NCBI GenBank assembly: GCA_050246315.1
Contig: JBFWWG010000001.1
Span: 480,001-544,000 of the forward strand
Direction of reading: 5' to 3'
DNA: 64,000 bases
Origin: Nitrospiraceae bacterium
GTDB lineage: Bacteria > Nitrospirota > Nitrospiria > Nitrospirales > Nitrospiraceae
Shown: positions 37,736 to 48,335 of the stretch, piece after piece
Numbering within the stretch: the first letter of the stretch is position 1
How the letters are laid out: each line of letters opens with the position of its first letter
Translations under genes and position numbers: made by a program
The notes under the pieces: generated by a model
The model's database searches: none
Told to the model about the DNA's origin: nothing
What the model saw: only the letters and a program-made list of their open reading frames with translations

Positions 37736-37963
37736 ATGGATATGTTTGGCAAAGTGGGGCTGGTGGAGATTCCGATCCTGATCGCGCCGGATCAAAAGGC
37801 CTGGATGGATAAGATGATCAAAGAGGGCCGAATTGCCGTGCCGCCGGGAGGCACCCTGGAGAAGGGGTCGCTCTATTCGATGTTCATCCGCATGCTGCTC
37901 CACAACGCGATGGAGGAGCAGAAGCGCCAGGAGGCGCTCGAAGTCGAGGACGAAGACGAATAA
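37736..37963 (+). CDS. Small hypothetical protein (possibly ribbon-helix-helix-like)
   Basis: GAGGGGG RBS, protein-like composition, acidic tail. Confidence 0.65.
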   Translation: MDMFGKVGLVEIPILIAPDQKAWMDKMIKEGRIAVPPGGTLEKGSLYSMFIRMLLHNAMEEQKRQEALEVEDEDE

Positions 37964-38949
37964 CCCACCGAAAGGGCTGTATCGAATTCGTAAGACCGGT
38001 ATCTTTATCGATACAGTCCGCCACGGCATCTGGCTCGCTTGCCGAGCGTCTCGTTCCCCGAGTCATATAAAGGGCGAACGATCTCCGATTCATATCTGCC
38101 TCCAGTGGAAGCGAGACGCGGCACATGGCGGCGGCGAAAAGCTGCTGTGCGGCAGGTGGTCGGTGACAGGATCGACAGAACGAATTGTATCGTACAGTAG
38201 TAGCGAGTAGAGAGCTTCCTGCCGATCCAGTCGCCTTATAAACAGCCCGCTACGATCGGTCCGTTCCTCATCGGTCCGCGTTCTTCTTTGTGGCGCCTCG
38301 TCGCCCGGGCTCCGTCACCACGCCTCTCCCATTCAGAATGATCCGGCGAATGATCCTGAGCCGTCTCTTCAGTGTGAGCGGTTACTCGACCCAGCCGCGT
38401 TCGAGAGACTCATTCTCGTTAAGTAAAACGGTGATGGCGTCTTCGCACGTCCTGCGATGAAGGCGACGTATCGTCGACCATGCAGGTTGGCGTAGCTTTT
38501 CGCCTACAGTTTATCCAGTTCGGCATGCCGACTCACCTCGTTGTGCGGCGCTATCACCTTGTAAATCTTAGAGAAGGTGAGAGTTGCTCACTGGTGTGGA
38601 TATTGCGTCCGAGCTATGTCCACTGCCACGACACCCGTTTGGATGAAAAGACCCGCGCGATTTGTAACGCCGCGGGCGCGATCAACGATCGGTTTTCGAC
38701 TGATGCGGTGAGGCGAGAGAGCAAGGACCTCTCGCATCGGTCAATTCGACGCCGGCTCGGAGACACATTCCGGGACCGCGGGGTCGCGTGTTACCTGTGG
38801 TATCTGGTCCGAATGGCTGTCTGTGAGAAAGCGGGCTGTTGACGGGAGCTCGTGTGTAACGCAGCGCGAATCACCGACCGGGTCAAGCGGCGCGGACCAT
38901 CAGCACATACGACCGGTCCTCCTCAATCTCGATCAGATGACTCAAGCAG

Positions 38950-40389
38950 ATGACGCAAGGAATGGAACAGGCCGTCGGTCGCTCGGGTGAGGCGGTTACA
39001 GAATCGGCAAAGAGTTGGGCTGCGGTACCCGATGGTCTGCTGCCTCCGCGACGGGTGACATCGCGGGCCCCGGCGATCCATGTCGATCGGCTGTCCAAGA
39101 GATATGTCATTCGAACCAGGCCGACAGGCGGCGACAGCCTCGCTGCGCGGATCCAGGAGAGCTTTTACGGGTTCCTCCCGCGAAACCGGCGGACCCGCCA
39201 TGCGGGATCGACCGACGTGTGGTCGTTGCAGGACGTCTCCTTTGATGTGCAGCAAGGAGAGGTCGTCGGTATTGTGGGAAGAAACGGGGCCGGGAAAAGC
39301 ACCTTGCTCAAGATCCTCTCCCGGATTGTCGATCCGACATCCGGTCGTGCGGAGCTTCGCGGGCGAGTCGGGACCCTCCTCGAGGTCGGCACGGGCTTCC
39401 ATCCCGAGCTGACGGGCCGTGACAACATCTATCTCAGCGGCATTATCCTCGGTTTGACCAAACGGGAAATCGATGCCTGTTTCGATGAGATCGTGGCCTT
39501 CGCCGGCATCGGCGCGTATGTCGAGACACCGGTCAAGCGATATTCCAGCGGGATGTTCGTCCGGCTGGCGTTCGCGGTCGGCGCGCATCTGGAGCCGGAG
39601 ATCCTGATCGTGGACGAAGTCCTCGCGGTGGGCGATTTTGAGTTCCAGAGCAAGTGCCTGAGAAAGATGCAGGAGATCGGCACTCACGGCCGCACCGTGC
39701 TCTTTGTGTCGCACGATATGTCGGCGGTGTCGCGCCTGTGTCCTCGGTCGATTCTCCTCGACCGGGGGCGGATCGTCGTCGATGGACCGACCACAGACGT
39801 ACTGGCGGCCTATCTTCACGCCGGCCACCATCCGTCGGGTGGGAGAGAGTGGCGAGACCGCAACTCCGCGCCCGGCAATGAGTACGTGCGCGTGCGCGCC
39901 ATCCGTGTGCGCGATCGCGAGGGCGCCGTGACCAGCCTCATTGAGATCCGTGAGGCCTTCACGATCGAACTGGAATATGAAGTCCTGCAACCAGGGCTCA
40001 AGCTGGCTCCGCACATCGGTGTGAATACCGACCGAGGCGAGCGGCTGTTCCTGTCCTATGAGGTCAATCAACCGTGGGACGGCCAGCCGCGCAAGACCGG
40101 CCGATATCTCAGCCGGGCGTTGGTTCCGGGCAATCTCCTGACGGAGGGGATCTATTTCGTGGGAGCCTTTTGTTACGCCTACGAGACCAAAGAAGTGAAC
40201 ATCGAAGTGCCCGAAGCGATCGTCTTTCAAATCCTCGACAGTCAGCAACCAGGAGGGGCGCGAGGATATATGTCCGGTCGTATTCCGGGCGCGATTCGCC
40301 CGTTGCTCCAGTGGAATTCACAGGTCGATCCGTTGACGACCGATTCCGGCGAGCTGCTGAGCGAAGGAGAGGCGAATTCACGGCGATGA
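38950..40389 (+). CDS. wzt: Polysaccharide ABC transporter ATP-binding subunit with Wzt C-terminal domain
   Basis: GRNGAGKST, GFHPELTGRDN, YSSGM, VDEVLAVGD. Confidence 0.92.
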   Translation: MTQGMEQAVGRSGEAVTESAKSWAAVPDGLLPPRRVTSRAPAIHVDRLSKRYVIRTRPTGGDSLAARIQESFYGFLPRNRRTRHAGSTDVWSLQDVSFDVQQGEVVGIVGRNGAGKSTLLKILSRIVDPTSGRAELRGRVGTLLEVGTGFHPELTGRDNIYLSGIILGLTKREIDACFDEIVAFAGIGAYVETPVKRYSSGMFVRLAFAVGAHLEPEILIVDEVLAVGDFEFQSKCLRKMQEIGTHGRTVLFVSHDMSAVSRLCPRSILLDRGRIVVDGPTTDVLAAYLHAGHHPSGGREWRDRNSAPGNEYVRVRAIRVRDREGAVTSLIEIREAFTIELEYEVLQPGLKLAPHIGVNTDRGERLFLSYEVNQPWDGQPRKTGRYLSRALVPGNLLTEGIYFVGAFCYAYETKEVNIEVPEAIVFQILDSQQPGGARGYMSGRIPGAIRPLLQWNSQVDPLTTDSGELLSEGEANSRR

Positions 40390-41168
40390 AGCACTTCCTC
40401 CAGCAAGCCGCCAGGTCACCGTGGTTGGCGCCGGTGCGCGCCCTTGTCCACGGGCGACGGCAGGAAGCGTCCGTGCCGTCCGTCGGATCCGTTCGATTCG
40501 GGGACCTCCGCCGGTTGACGCCGATCAGTTCTGCGTGGGGGTTTGATCGAGGACTTCCGATCGATCGCCACTACATCGAACGATTTTTGACGCGCGAAGC
40601 ACCATCGATCGCCGGATGTGTTCTGGAGATCGGCGACAATAGCTACACCCGCCGCTTCGGGGGCGCCTCCGTAACCGTCAGCGACGTGCTGCACGTCACG
40701 CCGGGCACGCCGCAGGCGACCATCATCGGAGATTTGACGCACGCGGATCACATCCCGACGAATCGGTTCGACTGCATCATTCTGACTCAAACCTTGCAGC
40801 TCATCTACGACGTCCACGCGGCGATCCGAACGCTGTTCCGGATACTGAAACCGGGCGGCGTCGTCCTGGCCACTGTGCCGGGGATCACCCCGATCAGCGA
40901 CAGCCAGTGGTCGAGCCAGTGGTGTTGGAATTTCACGCGCCTGTCGGCAGCTCGGCTGTTTCAGGAACAGTTTCCCCCCTCGTGTGTCAGGGTGGACACG
41001 CAGGGCAATCTTCTCAGCGCCCTGGCATTCTTGCAGGGCCTGGCCGCTCAAGAGTTATCGCCGGAAGAGTTGGCGCATACCGATGAGCGGTACGACGTCA
41101 CGATCACCGTCAAGGCGGTCAAGCCGATTGCGACCGAGGCCGAGTCGCTGGAAAGTCTCCGATCATAA
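40386..41168 (+). CDS. SAM-dependent methyltransferase (polysaccharide cluster)
   Basis: RGLPIDRHYIE, VLEIGD, FDCIILTQ, LKPGG; ATGA overlap with wzt. Confidence 0.85.
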   Translation: MKHFLQQAARSPWLAPVRALVHGRRQEASVPSVGSVRFGDLRRLTPISSAWGFDRGLPIDRHYIERFLTREAPSIAGCVLEIGDNSYTRRFGGASVTVSDVLHVTPGTPQATIIGDLTHADHIPTNRFDCIILTQTLQLIYDVHAAIRTLFRILKPGGVVLATVPGITPISDSQWSSQWCWNFTRLSAARLFQEQFPPSCVRVDTQGNLLSALAFLQGLAAQELSPEELAHTDERYDVTITVKAVKPIATEAESLESLRS

Positions 41169-41179
41169 CATCCACGCCG

Positions 41180-42253
41180 ATGGCCATGATGACGCCGACG
41201 ACGAACATGCGACGAAGCCTTTCGGCGACTTCGCGCGTCATCGACCGGATTCGCCGACGGCGTGCGCGACCCGGCATGATCCTGCTGTACCATCGTATCG
41301 CCGCAGGGGGGCCGGACCCGTGGGGGTTGGCCGTTTCGCCGGCCCAATTCAATGAACATTTGAGCGTGCTGCGTCAATTCGGTGTGCCGATGGGACTCCA
41401 GGAGTTCCTGTCGCGCCGAGCGGAGCGTCATCAGCGGGCCCCGGCCATCGTCGTAACATTCGACGACGGGTTTGCCGACAACCTGACGCAGGCCAAGCCG
41501 CTGCTTCATCGGCACAAGGTGCCGGCCACCGTGTTCGTGACGGCCGGAATGGTCGGGCGAAATCGGGCGTTCTGGTGGGATGAGTTGGAGCAGCGGCTGT
41601 TGCACCCCGGGACGCTTCCTTCGGAGTTGAGGTTGACGATCAACGGAAATGTCCATCGATGGACGTTGGGGCAGACGGCCTGCTATGGGGCGAGCGACGT
41701 GTCCCCCCACCTCTCGTGGCGGGCCTGGGATGCCGCCTGTCCGACCGAACGTCACGTCCTCTATCAGGCTCTGTACGCTCTGTTGTTTCCGCTGGAAGAG
41801 ACGGCGCGCGAGGATATCCTGGATGAGTTGGCCGCTTGGGCCGGCGACTCCTCGTGCGTCGCGCGCGAGACGCATCGCGTCTGTACGCACCAGGAACTAG
41901 TCGAACTCGCCGCCGACGGCGCCATCGAGATCGGCGCGCATGCCTTGACGCACGTGTCGCTCGGCGCACTCAGCCCTCGGCAACAGTGGAGAGAAATCTG
42001 GGAAGGAAAGGCCTTGTTGGAAGGGATCGTGGGACGACCGGTGAGGAGTTTTGCCTTTCCCTTCGGCCGACCGAGCGACTACAGCCGTGAAACCATCGCG
42101 CTGGTACGGGCCGCCGGATTTACCTGCGCTTGCACGACCGCCGGGACAGTGGTGTCGCCGCAGGACGATGCGCTGGAGCTTCCGCGATTCACGGTTCACG
42201 CCAGGGATGGAAAGAGCTTTGCGGCATGGATGCGCGATATTCTCCGGTCCTAG
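41180..42253 (+). CDS. Polysaccharide deacetylase (CE4)
   Basis: LLYHRI, TFDDG, GAHALTH, FAFPFG. Confidence 0.9.
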   Translation: MAMMTPTTNMRRSLSATSRVIDRIRRRRARPGMILLYHRIAAGGPDPWGLAVSPAQFNEHLSVLRQFGVPMGLQEFLSRRAERHQRAPAIVVTFDDGFADNLTQAKPLLHRHKVPATVFVTAGMVGRNRAFWWDELEQRLLHPGTLPSELRLTINGNVHRWTLGQTACYGASDVSPHLSWRAWDAACPTERHVLYQALYALLFPLEETAREDILDELAAWAGDSSCVARETHRVCTHQELVELAADGAIEIGAHALTHVSLGALSPRQQWREIWEGKALLEGIVGRPVRSFAFPFGRPSDYSRETIALVRAAGFTCACTTAGTVVSPQDDALELPRFTVHARDGKSFAAWMRDILRS

Positions 42254-43680
42254 ATTCGAACCCGCTTCCCCCGCCTCGGGGCGAGGCCTCGCGGAAGCCC
42301 GTGATCCCCAACGGAACGGCCGCCGGCAGTCGGTGCGCCATTCCGCCGGCGGAGGTGAGCTTCCAACCCCACTCGTTCGCCGATCCGAGCGGCCGAGTCT
42401 TCCTGTGGAACGGGCACCTGTATCGGGGACTGCGGGGGAACGCCGCGACCCATCTCGGTCGGTTGGTGAGGGAGGGGACCCTCACTCCTTTGGTTGAGCG
42501 TGGACTGTTGATCGAAACGACCATCAAGCCTATGACGCTGGCGGAATATGATCTGATCGTTCAACACAGGCGAGTGCGGGTGGTCTCCTATCCGCAGGAA
42601 TGGTGTCCGGCGATGTTCAAGCGGGCGGTGCGGCACATCGTTGACCTGGCTCTCGAGTTGGCCGGGCACGGGTTGATGCTCAAGGATGCCCATCCGTGGA
42701 ATGTCCTCTATGAGGGAACCGCGCCCGTCTTTATTGATTGGGGATCGATCGTCTCCATCGAGGAATCCGAACCCTGGTCGGGACTCGACGAATTCCATCG
42801 GTTTTGTCTCAACCCGCTCAAATTGATGAGTCGTAATCTGGATCATCTGGCACGCGCCATGCTGCCGACCGATCGAGGCGTCACCGACTCGGATGTGGCG
42901 GCGTTGTGCGGCAACCTTCCGTCTCGCAGGCCGGCGGGTATCCGCGCGCGCCAGCGGCTGGCCCGTCTCACGGAGTCGATCCGAGGCCGGCTGAATCATT
43001 CCGCCGAGCCGCGGCGATGCCTCACCGAGGAGTTGCGGCGGCTGCGAGAGGAAGTGGAACGGGTGCCGGTGCCGGAAGGAGCGGCCTCGACGCACGTTGC
43101 GACACGACAGGATCGGCGGACGGCGAGTGAGGCTCAAGACGAGCGCACGGCGACGTTGCGGCGCGTCATTCGCTCGATCGGTCCTGCCACCATGCTGGCG
43201 ATCGGCGGGCGCGATCTGATGGAGGTGATCACCCCTCCTCCGTGCGAGGCCACCCTGGTCGCATTTGACGCAGACCCCTCTTGGATCACGGATCTCTATC
43301 GACAGGTCGATGAGACGCAGGGAGCAATCCTGCCACTGATCATGGATCTGACCAAGCCGACTCCGTCGATCGGGTGGGGCAGCCATTGGGCGATCGATGC
43401 GCGGGAGCGATTCCGCTCTCAGTTGGTCGTGGCCGCTGACGTCGCCCACTTGGCCAAGGATAGACATTTTGCGATGCCGCTCATTGTGGAGGGGCTTGCG
43501 GCCTTCGCTTCCAGGTGGTTGATCGTGGAATGGACGAACCCGGCCGAGCGTTCGGGCTCGTCGGGAGGGAGGCCGGAGGTCCGTTGCGAAGAATTTGCGG
43601 CGGCGCTGGAAACAGCGTTTAGAGACGTGCGCTGTATCTCCGTTTCTCAGACGACGAGGGTGATCGTATGCGAACGATGA
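42226..43680 (+). CDS. NoeA-like kinase-fold/methyltransferase-like protein (start uncertain)
   Basis: SFADPSG, VSYPQEW, LKDAHPWNV, FIDWGS, LPLIMDL. Confidence 0.7.
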   Translation: MDARYSPVLDSNPLPPPRGEASRKPVIPNGTAAGSRCAIPPAEVSFQPHSFADPSGRVFLWNGHLYRGLRGNAATHLGRLVREGTLTPLVERGLLIETTIKPMTLAEYDLIVQHRRVRVVSYPQEWCPAMFKRAVRHIVDLALELAGHGLMLKDAHPWNVLYEGTAPVFIDWGSIVSIEESEPWSGLDEFHRFCLNPLKLMSRNLDHLARAMLPTDRGVTDSDVAALCGNLPSRRPAGIRARQRLARLTESIRGRLNHSAEPRRCLTEELRRLREEVERVPVPEGAASTHVATRQDRRTASEAQDERTATLRRVIRSIGPATMLAIGGRDLMEVITPPPCEATLVAFDADPSWITDLYRQVDETQGAILPLIMDLTKPTPSIGWGSHWAIDARERFRSQLVVAADVAHLAKDRHFAMPLIVEGLAAFASRWLIVEWTNPAERSGSSGGRPEVRCEEFAAALETAFRDVRCISVSQTTRVIVCER

Positions 43681-44768
43681 CTGTGCCCGAGAGTGCGCTT
43701 CAACCCAGGCTCAGCCTGGTGCGAGGTCGTGTGTCGATCGTCAGCATCTTTTTGAATGAGGTGAGATTTCTCGCCGAAGCGATTGACAGCGTGCTGGCCC
43801 AGACGTACGGCGATTGGGAACTCCTGCTTGTTGACGACGGGTCGACGGATGCGAGCACGGAGATTGCCAAGTGGTATGCGGCCTTGTATCCGGAGAATAT
43901 TCGATATCTTGAGCATCCGGGCCACGCGAATCGCGGGATGAGCGCGTCCCGGAATCTGGGACTGGTGCATGCGCGGGGCGAGTTCATGCTGTTCCTGGAC
44001 GGAGATGATGTGGTGGCTCCCACCGCGCTGGAGGATCAGGTGACCTTCATGGAAGCGTACCCGCACGTGGGAACCGTCTACGGCCCCATGCGGTTGTGGC
44101 GCAGTTGGGACGAGTCGTCTCAGGAGACGAGCGAAGCCGTGGACAGAACGAGCGATTTGTACTTGGAGCCCGACCGTGTTCATGACCAAGTCACCGTGCT
44201 GACGACATTCCTCTGTAATGAGGATGCCGTGCCTTCCGGTAACCTGATGCGAACCGAGCTGATTAGGAAACTCGGCGGATTCGAGGAGGAATTTACCGGG
44301 ATGTACGAGGATCAGGTCTTTCGAGTCAAGCTGTGCCATGTGGCGCCGGCGTATGTCTCCAGTCGAAGTTGGTATTACTATCGCAAGCACGCGCATTCCT
44401 GTTGCGCCGTGATGATCGGCGAGGGACGGGTCGCGGCGGCGCGCGCGCGCTTCTTGCGCTGGGTCAGGACCTATTGCCACCGCTCCAATGTGGCGGATCC
44501 ACGGATCCGTCGTGTGCTCAATCGGGCCCTTCGTCCGTATCACTATCCGCGACTCACCGGGTGGCAGTCGAGCTGGGAGTCTCTCACTCGACGGTGGGCG
44601 TGGCGTTTCTCGGACGGCGCCTGGCGCCTGGTACAGGCGCTGACGCCGAGGCCGCTGTGGGCGTTCGGGAGGGATATCGTGCGAACGATGTATCCTCGGC
44701 GTGAGAGCGTGTCCCCGAATGCCGGGCGGGCGGGGTTCGCCTCCGTGAGCGCAGTCAAGATGCGTTGA
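43668..44768 (+). CDS. GT2 family glycosyltransferase
   Basis: SVLAQT, VDDGSTD, SRNLG, FLDGDD, YED. Confidence 0.92.
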   Translation: MRTMTVPESALQPRLSLVRGRVSIVSIFLNEVRFLAEAIDSVLAQTYGDWELLLVDDGSTDASTEIAKWYAALYPENIRYLEHPGHANRGMSASRNLGLVHARGEFMLFLDGDDVVAPTALEDQVTFMEAYPHVGTVYGPMRLWRSWDESSQETSEAVDRTSDLYLEPDRVHDQVTVLTTFLCNEDAVPSGNLMRTELIRKLGGFEEEFTGMYEDQVFRVKLCHVAPAYVSSRSWYYYRKHAHSCCAVMIGEGRVAAARARFLRWVRTYCHRSNVADPRIRRVLNRALRPYHYPRLTGWQSSWESLTRRWAWRFSDGAWRLVQALTPRPLWAFGRDIVRTMYPRRESVSPNAGRAGFASVSAVKMR

Positions 44769-44813
44769 GCGAATGACGAGGGCTGTGGAGTGGAGGTTGG
44801 TCGATTGCGCCGG

Positions 44814-46112
44814 TCAACTCGCGGTCGATGAGAGGGTGTGGAAGGCTTGCCGAGCGGCTTTGACGGTCTTCGCGATGTCCGCCGGAGTATGAGCGGTCGA
44901 GAGGAAGGCGGCCTCGAACTGGGATGGGGCCAAATACACGCCCTGTTCCAGCATGGCTTGGAAGAACTTCGCGTAGCGGCCCGTATCCGACAGTTTGGCC
45001 GTCGCCCAATCCACGACCGGTCCTTTGGTGAAGAACGCGCCCATCATCGACCCGACCCGCGTTTGGTAGAGATCCACCCCGGCCTTCTTCGCTTCCGCGC
45101 CTAAGGCGGCTGTCAGCGCGGCGGACTGCTTCTCCAGTTTGCTGTAGATTCCGCGGGTCTTGAGTTGTTTCAACGTTTCGATTCCCGCTGTCACCGCCAA
45201 CGGATTGCCCGATAACGTGCCGGCCTGATAGACCGGCCCGGCCGGTGCGATCAGGTTCATGATGTCGGCCCGCCCTCCATAGGCGCCGACCGGCAACCCT
45301 CCGCCGATGATCTTGCCGAGAATCGTCAAGTCCGGCTTGATGCCATAGAGGGTCTGCGCCCCGCCGTACTGCACGCGAAACCCCGAGATCACTTCATCGA
45401 AGATCAGCAGGATCTCGTGCCTCCTGGTTAGCTCGCGCAGCGTAGGTAGAAAATCCGGCGCCGGCGGCACGACTCCCATGTTGCCGGCAATCGGTTCGAT
45501 GATCACACAGGCCAACTGTTTCCCATGTTGCTTGATCAATTCCGCGGTGGCGCGGAGATCGTTGTACGGCGCCGTGAGCGTGTGCTTGGTGAAATCAGCC
45601 GGCACGCCGGGGCTGTCCGGGATGCCGAGCGTCGCGAGCCCGGAGCCGGCCTTCGCCAGCAGCGAGTCGCTGTGGCCGTGGTAGCAGCCTTCGAATTTCA
45701 GGACGCCGTCTCGTTTGGTGAAGGCGCGGGCGACGCGGATCGCGCTCATCACCGCTTCCGTGCCCGAACTCACGAGCCGCACCTTTTCCATCGATGGAAG
45801 CGCATCGTGAATCATTCGGGCCAGCCGGACTTCCAATTCGGTCGGCGCGCCATAGCTGGTGCCTTGTTTGGCGGCGCGGCTGAGGGCGGAGACGATCGGA
45901 TTCGGCGCATGGCCGAGAATCATCGGCCCCCAGGAGAGCACATAGTCGATGTAGCGGTTTCCGTCCGCGTCGTAGAGATAGGCGCCCTTGGCGCGAGCGA
46001 TGAACCGCGGTTGTCCGCCAACGGAGCGGAAGGCGCGTACGGGGCTGTTCACTCCGCCGGGAATGAGCTGTTGCGCGGCCTCGAAGAGGGCTTGTGATTT
46101 GGTCGTCTTCAT
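44814..46112 (-). CDS. hemL: Glutamate-1-semialdehyde 2,1-aminomutase
   Basis: PGGVNSPVRAF, SGTEA, FEGCYHGH, FDEVISGFR, GKIIGGG. Confidence 0.97.
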   Translation of the reverse strand: MKTTKSQALFEAAQQLIPGGVNSPVRAFRSVGGQPRFIARAKGAYLYDADGNRYIDYVLSWGPMILGHAPNPIVSALSRAAKQGTSYGAPTELEVRLARMIHDALPSMEKVRLVSSGTEAVMSAIRVARAFTKRDGVLKFEGCYHGHSDSLLAKAGSGLATLGIPDSPGVPADFTKHTLTAPYNDLRATAELIKQHGKQLACVIIEPIAGNMGVVPPAPDFLPTLRELTRRHEILLIFDEVISGFRVQYGGAQTLYGIKPDLTILGKIIGGGLPVGAYGGRADIMNLIAPAGPVYQAGTLSGNPLAVTAGIETLKQLKTRGIYSKLEKQSAALTAALGAEAKKAGVDLYQTRVGSMMGAFFTKGPVVDWATAKLSDTGRYAKFFQAMLEQGVYLAPSQFEAAFLSTAHTPADIAKTVKAARQAFHTLSSTAS

Positions 46113-46232
46113 CTCAAAATTCCGGCACCGTAGCATGGGCGGTTTCAGGGAATCAAGCAGGACGACTGCGTGTCCGAATCGGACGATGCGTCGGGAGTGG
46201 TGGAAATTCAGCTTCCAAAAGGGTTGAGCGAC

Positions 46233-46284
46233 GACCGGCCGGCAAGACCGGCCGGCAAGACCGTCCGGCAAGACCGTCCGGATG
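46233..46284 (+). repeat. 13-bp tandem repeat, 4 units, GACCG(G/T)CCGGCAA
   Basis: Read directly from the sequence upstream of hemL. Confidence 0.8.
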
Positions 46285-46585
46285 TCCGTCACCAGGAGAA
46301 GTCGGACGTGGCGGTGGCCTGGGTGCAGCAGTATGTCAGTCGAGCTGCACCGACCCCGTCATCCTGGGCAGGAAGGCCTAGGTAAGAGACCCTGGGATCC
46401 GAGCGAAATCGTGCGATTTCGCTCGGCGGAACCATACATTCCTTCACCCGTCTATCAGAGTAATTCAGGCTGTTCAATGCGACCCAGCCCAAAACTCCGC
46501 GAAAACAACTGTAAATGACAGCCCAGGCTCTCCAGGCCCGAGATTTGCTGAATACTGCTGCCAATACCGGAAGGGAGCACCGATC

Positions 46586-46831
46586 ATGTTGCTTGTGTGT
46601 GCCTGGTGTGAGCGGGAGGGGCGGATGGCGTTGATCGGCGAGACCAGTCCGTTCAACGACCCGCGAACCACTCACGGAATTTGCTGGATGCACGTCAGGA
46701 CCTACCTGCAGAACTGCGACCACGACACCGACCAGAGGTGTCCGTTGGTCCCCGTTGGAGTAAGTGAAAGGCTGACCGAACAGGAAATCGAAACGAGCAC
46801 AGGACGCGAGGACCGCTGGCCTCGGTCGTAG
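46586..46831 (+). CDS. Small CAWC...HGICxxH putative zinc-binding protein
   Basis: GGGAG RBS; paralog of 47042-47242. Confidence 0.65.
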   Translation: MLLVCAWCEREGRMALIGETSPFNDPRTTHGICWMHVRTYLQNCDHDTDQRCPLVPVGVSERLTEQEIETSTGREDRWPRS

Positions 46832-47041
46832 ACAGTTTGTCCAACCGGAAAGATACAGTCGTCCGTCAGATCGGATACAGGTCTCTGGTCCGTCCTGGGT
46901 TCAGACAGACAAGACATTGATAACTCATGGAGTTTTCAACGGACAGAAGGCGGTCTGTAACTTGCACAAGCTTACGAGCCTAAGACGGCATGATGAGATT
47001 GCACACGAAAGAATCGTGACGACAGAATCTAGGACCCATTC

Positions 47042-47242
47042 ATGAAAGTCGTTTGTGCCTGGTGTCAACGAGAAGGGAAACCGGGGTTGATTCGTGAGAT
47101 CTATCCGTGGGTCGATCAGCGTGTCAGCCATGGGATTTGTCTGCCACACTTTGAGGTCTATTCCGCCAGGCTCCGAGCTGGGTTGAAGCGTGTGTATTTG
47201 GTCGAGGGACAGCTCCGCTCCGATCCCTCCGCGGTCGGGTGA
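47042..47242 (+). CDS. Small CAWC...HGICxxH putative zinc-binding protein
   Basis: VCAWCQREG...SHGICLPH versus VCAWCEREG...THGICWMH, same spacing. Confidence 0.7.
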   Translation: MKVVCAWCQREGKPGLIREIYPWVDQRVSHGICLPHFEVYSARLRAGLKRVYLVEGQLRSDPSAVG

Positions 47243-47368
47243 GGCGCCTCGACGGGTCACGAGCGCGACAGATCCACGTGAGGAGGAATCCCAACGGCCT
47301 CGTCGGAGTCCCCGGCGAGGCCGTTGTCTGTCAGCTCAGAGTTCCTGCCCGCTCAATCCACGACTCCA

Positions 47369-47779
47369 TTATCCGAGCTTTCCGCGCAGGAGACTCAGAC
47401 CCTGTTCCAGGAAATTGGATTCGGGCACCGTTCCTTCCGGCGTCAACTTGTCCACGAGTGTGGGAAGCAGGCTCGACAACTGGCTGCTGCAGGCCTCCTG
47501 GGAAAGTCCGGTACCGGCGGACAATTGTTGCAGGAATTGGCTCCCCAACCCCTGCTTGATCTGCTCGGCACTGATGGGAAGGTTGGCACCGGTGCTCACC
47601 CAGGAGTTGACGATCTCCGAGAGCCCGCTCTTTTGAAAAGCCTGGATCAGCCCGCTCAAGCCGCCGATGTTGCTGTCCTTCCCCAGGAGTTGTGTCATGG
47701 CTTGGAGTAACTGATCGTTTTTCTCACCGCCTTGGCTGAACAACGATGCCGCCTGTGCCAGTTGATCAAATAGTCCCAT
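47369..47779 (-). CDS. yidB: YidB (DUF937) family protein
   Basis: MGLFD, GGLSGL, VNSWVSTGANLPIS, LLPTLVDKLTPEG. Confidence 0.88.
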   Translation of the reverse strand: MGLFDQLAQAASLFSQGGEKNDQLLQAMTQLLGKDSNIGGLSGLIQAFQKSGLSEIVNSWVSTGANLPISAEQIKQGLGSQFLQQLSAGTGLSQEACSSQLSSLLPTLVDKLTPEGTVPESNFLEQGLSLLRGKLG

Positions 47780-47854
47780 GGGAACCCCCTTTCCGCCGGT
47801 CGGTTTTTCTCGTGCCACGTGGGGCCCGACTCTACCAAGCCGGGCCATGCTCTG

Positions 47855-48328
47855 TCATCGCCCCTTCCAGAGTGGCAGGCTCCAGCGTCGGCGGGCTGAT
47901 TTGCCCTCTTCCGTCGCGACGCAGACGGTGTGGAACGGTTTGGAGACGCGGCCGGCTTCTTCCGCGGCCCAGTAGACGCTGGCCGAGCGCAGGATGCTGA
48001 TGAAGGTGCGATAGTCCTTGTCCGCCCCTGCAAGCAGCGCCTCCGCCCGCTCAATCACTAACAGATGGCCCGTACCGGCCACCCATGAGAGGTCGCAAAG
48101 GCATTCTTCCAATGCATCCCAGTTTTCGCCGAAGTAGTCGGGGAAGGCCAGCGTGCGGGCGATTTCCCGGAGCAACCCGTCCTTCGTCCGACAGGCTTGG
48201 CCGTCGAGAGTTTTCATCGTGAGATCGCTTGGTGGCCTGAGCCGCGCCATCGCCGTCTGGTCCGGCTTGAGCACGAGCAGGTAGACCCACGGAGGCGTAA
48301 GAGATTGCAAGCGATGACGCGTCGGCAT
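47855..48328 (-). CDS. Barstar-family ribonuclease inhibitor
   Basis: LAFPDYFGENWDALEECLCDLSW. Confidence 0.88.
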   Translation of the reverse strand: MPTRHRLQSLTPPWVYLLVLKPDQTAMARLRPPSDLTMKTLDGQACRTKDGLLREIARTLAFPDYFGENWDALEECLCDLSWVAGTGHLLVIERAEALLAGADKDYRTFISILRSASVYWAAEEAGRVSKPFHTVCVATEEGKSARRRWSLPLWKGR

Positions 48329-48335
48329 CAGGACC

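Noticed and set aside
38480..38842. 120-aa ORF upstream of wzt as a possible wzm
   Set aside because: Not hydrophobic, too short, and no ABC-2 permease motifs.
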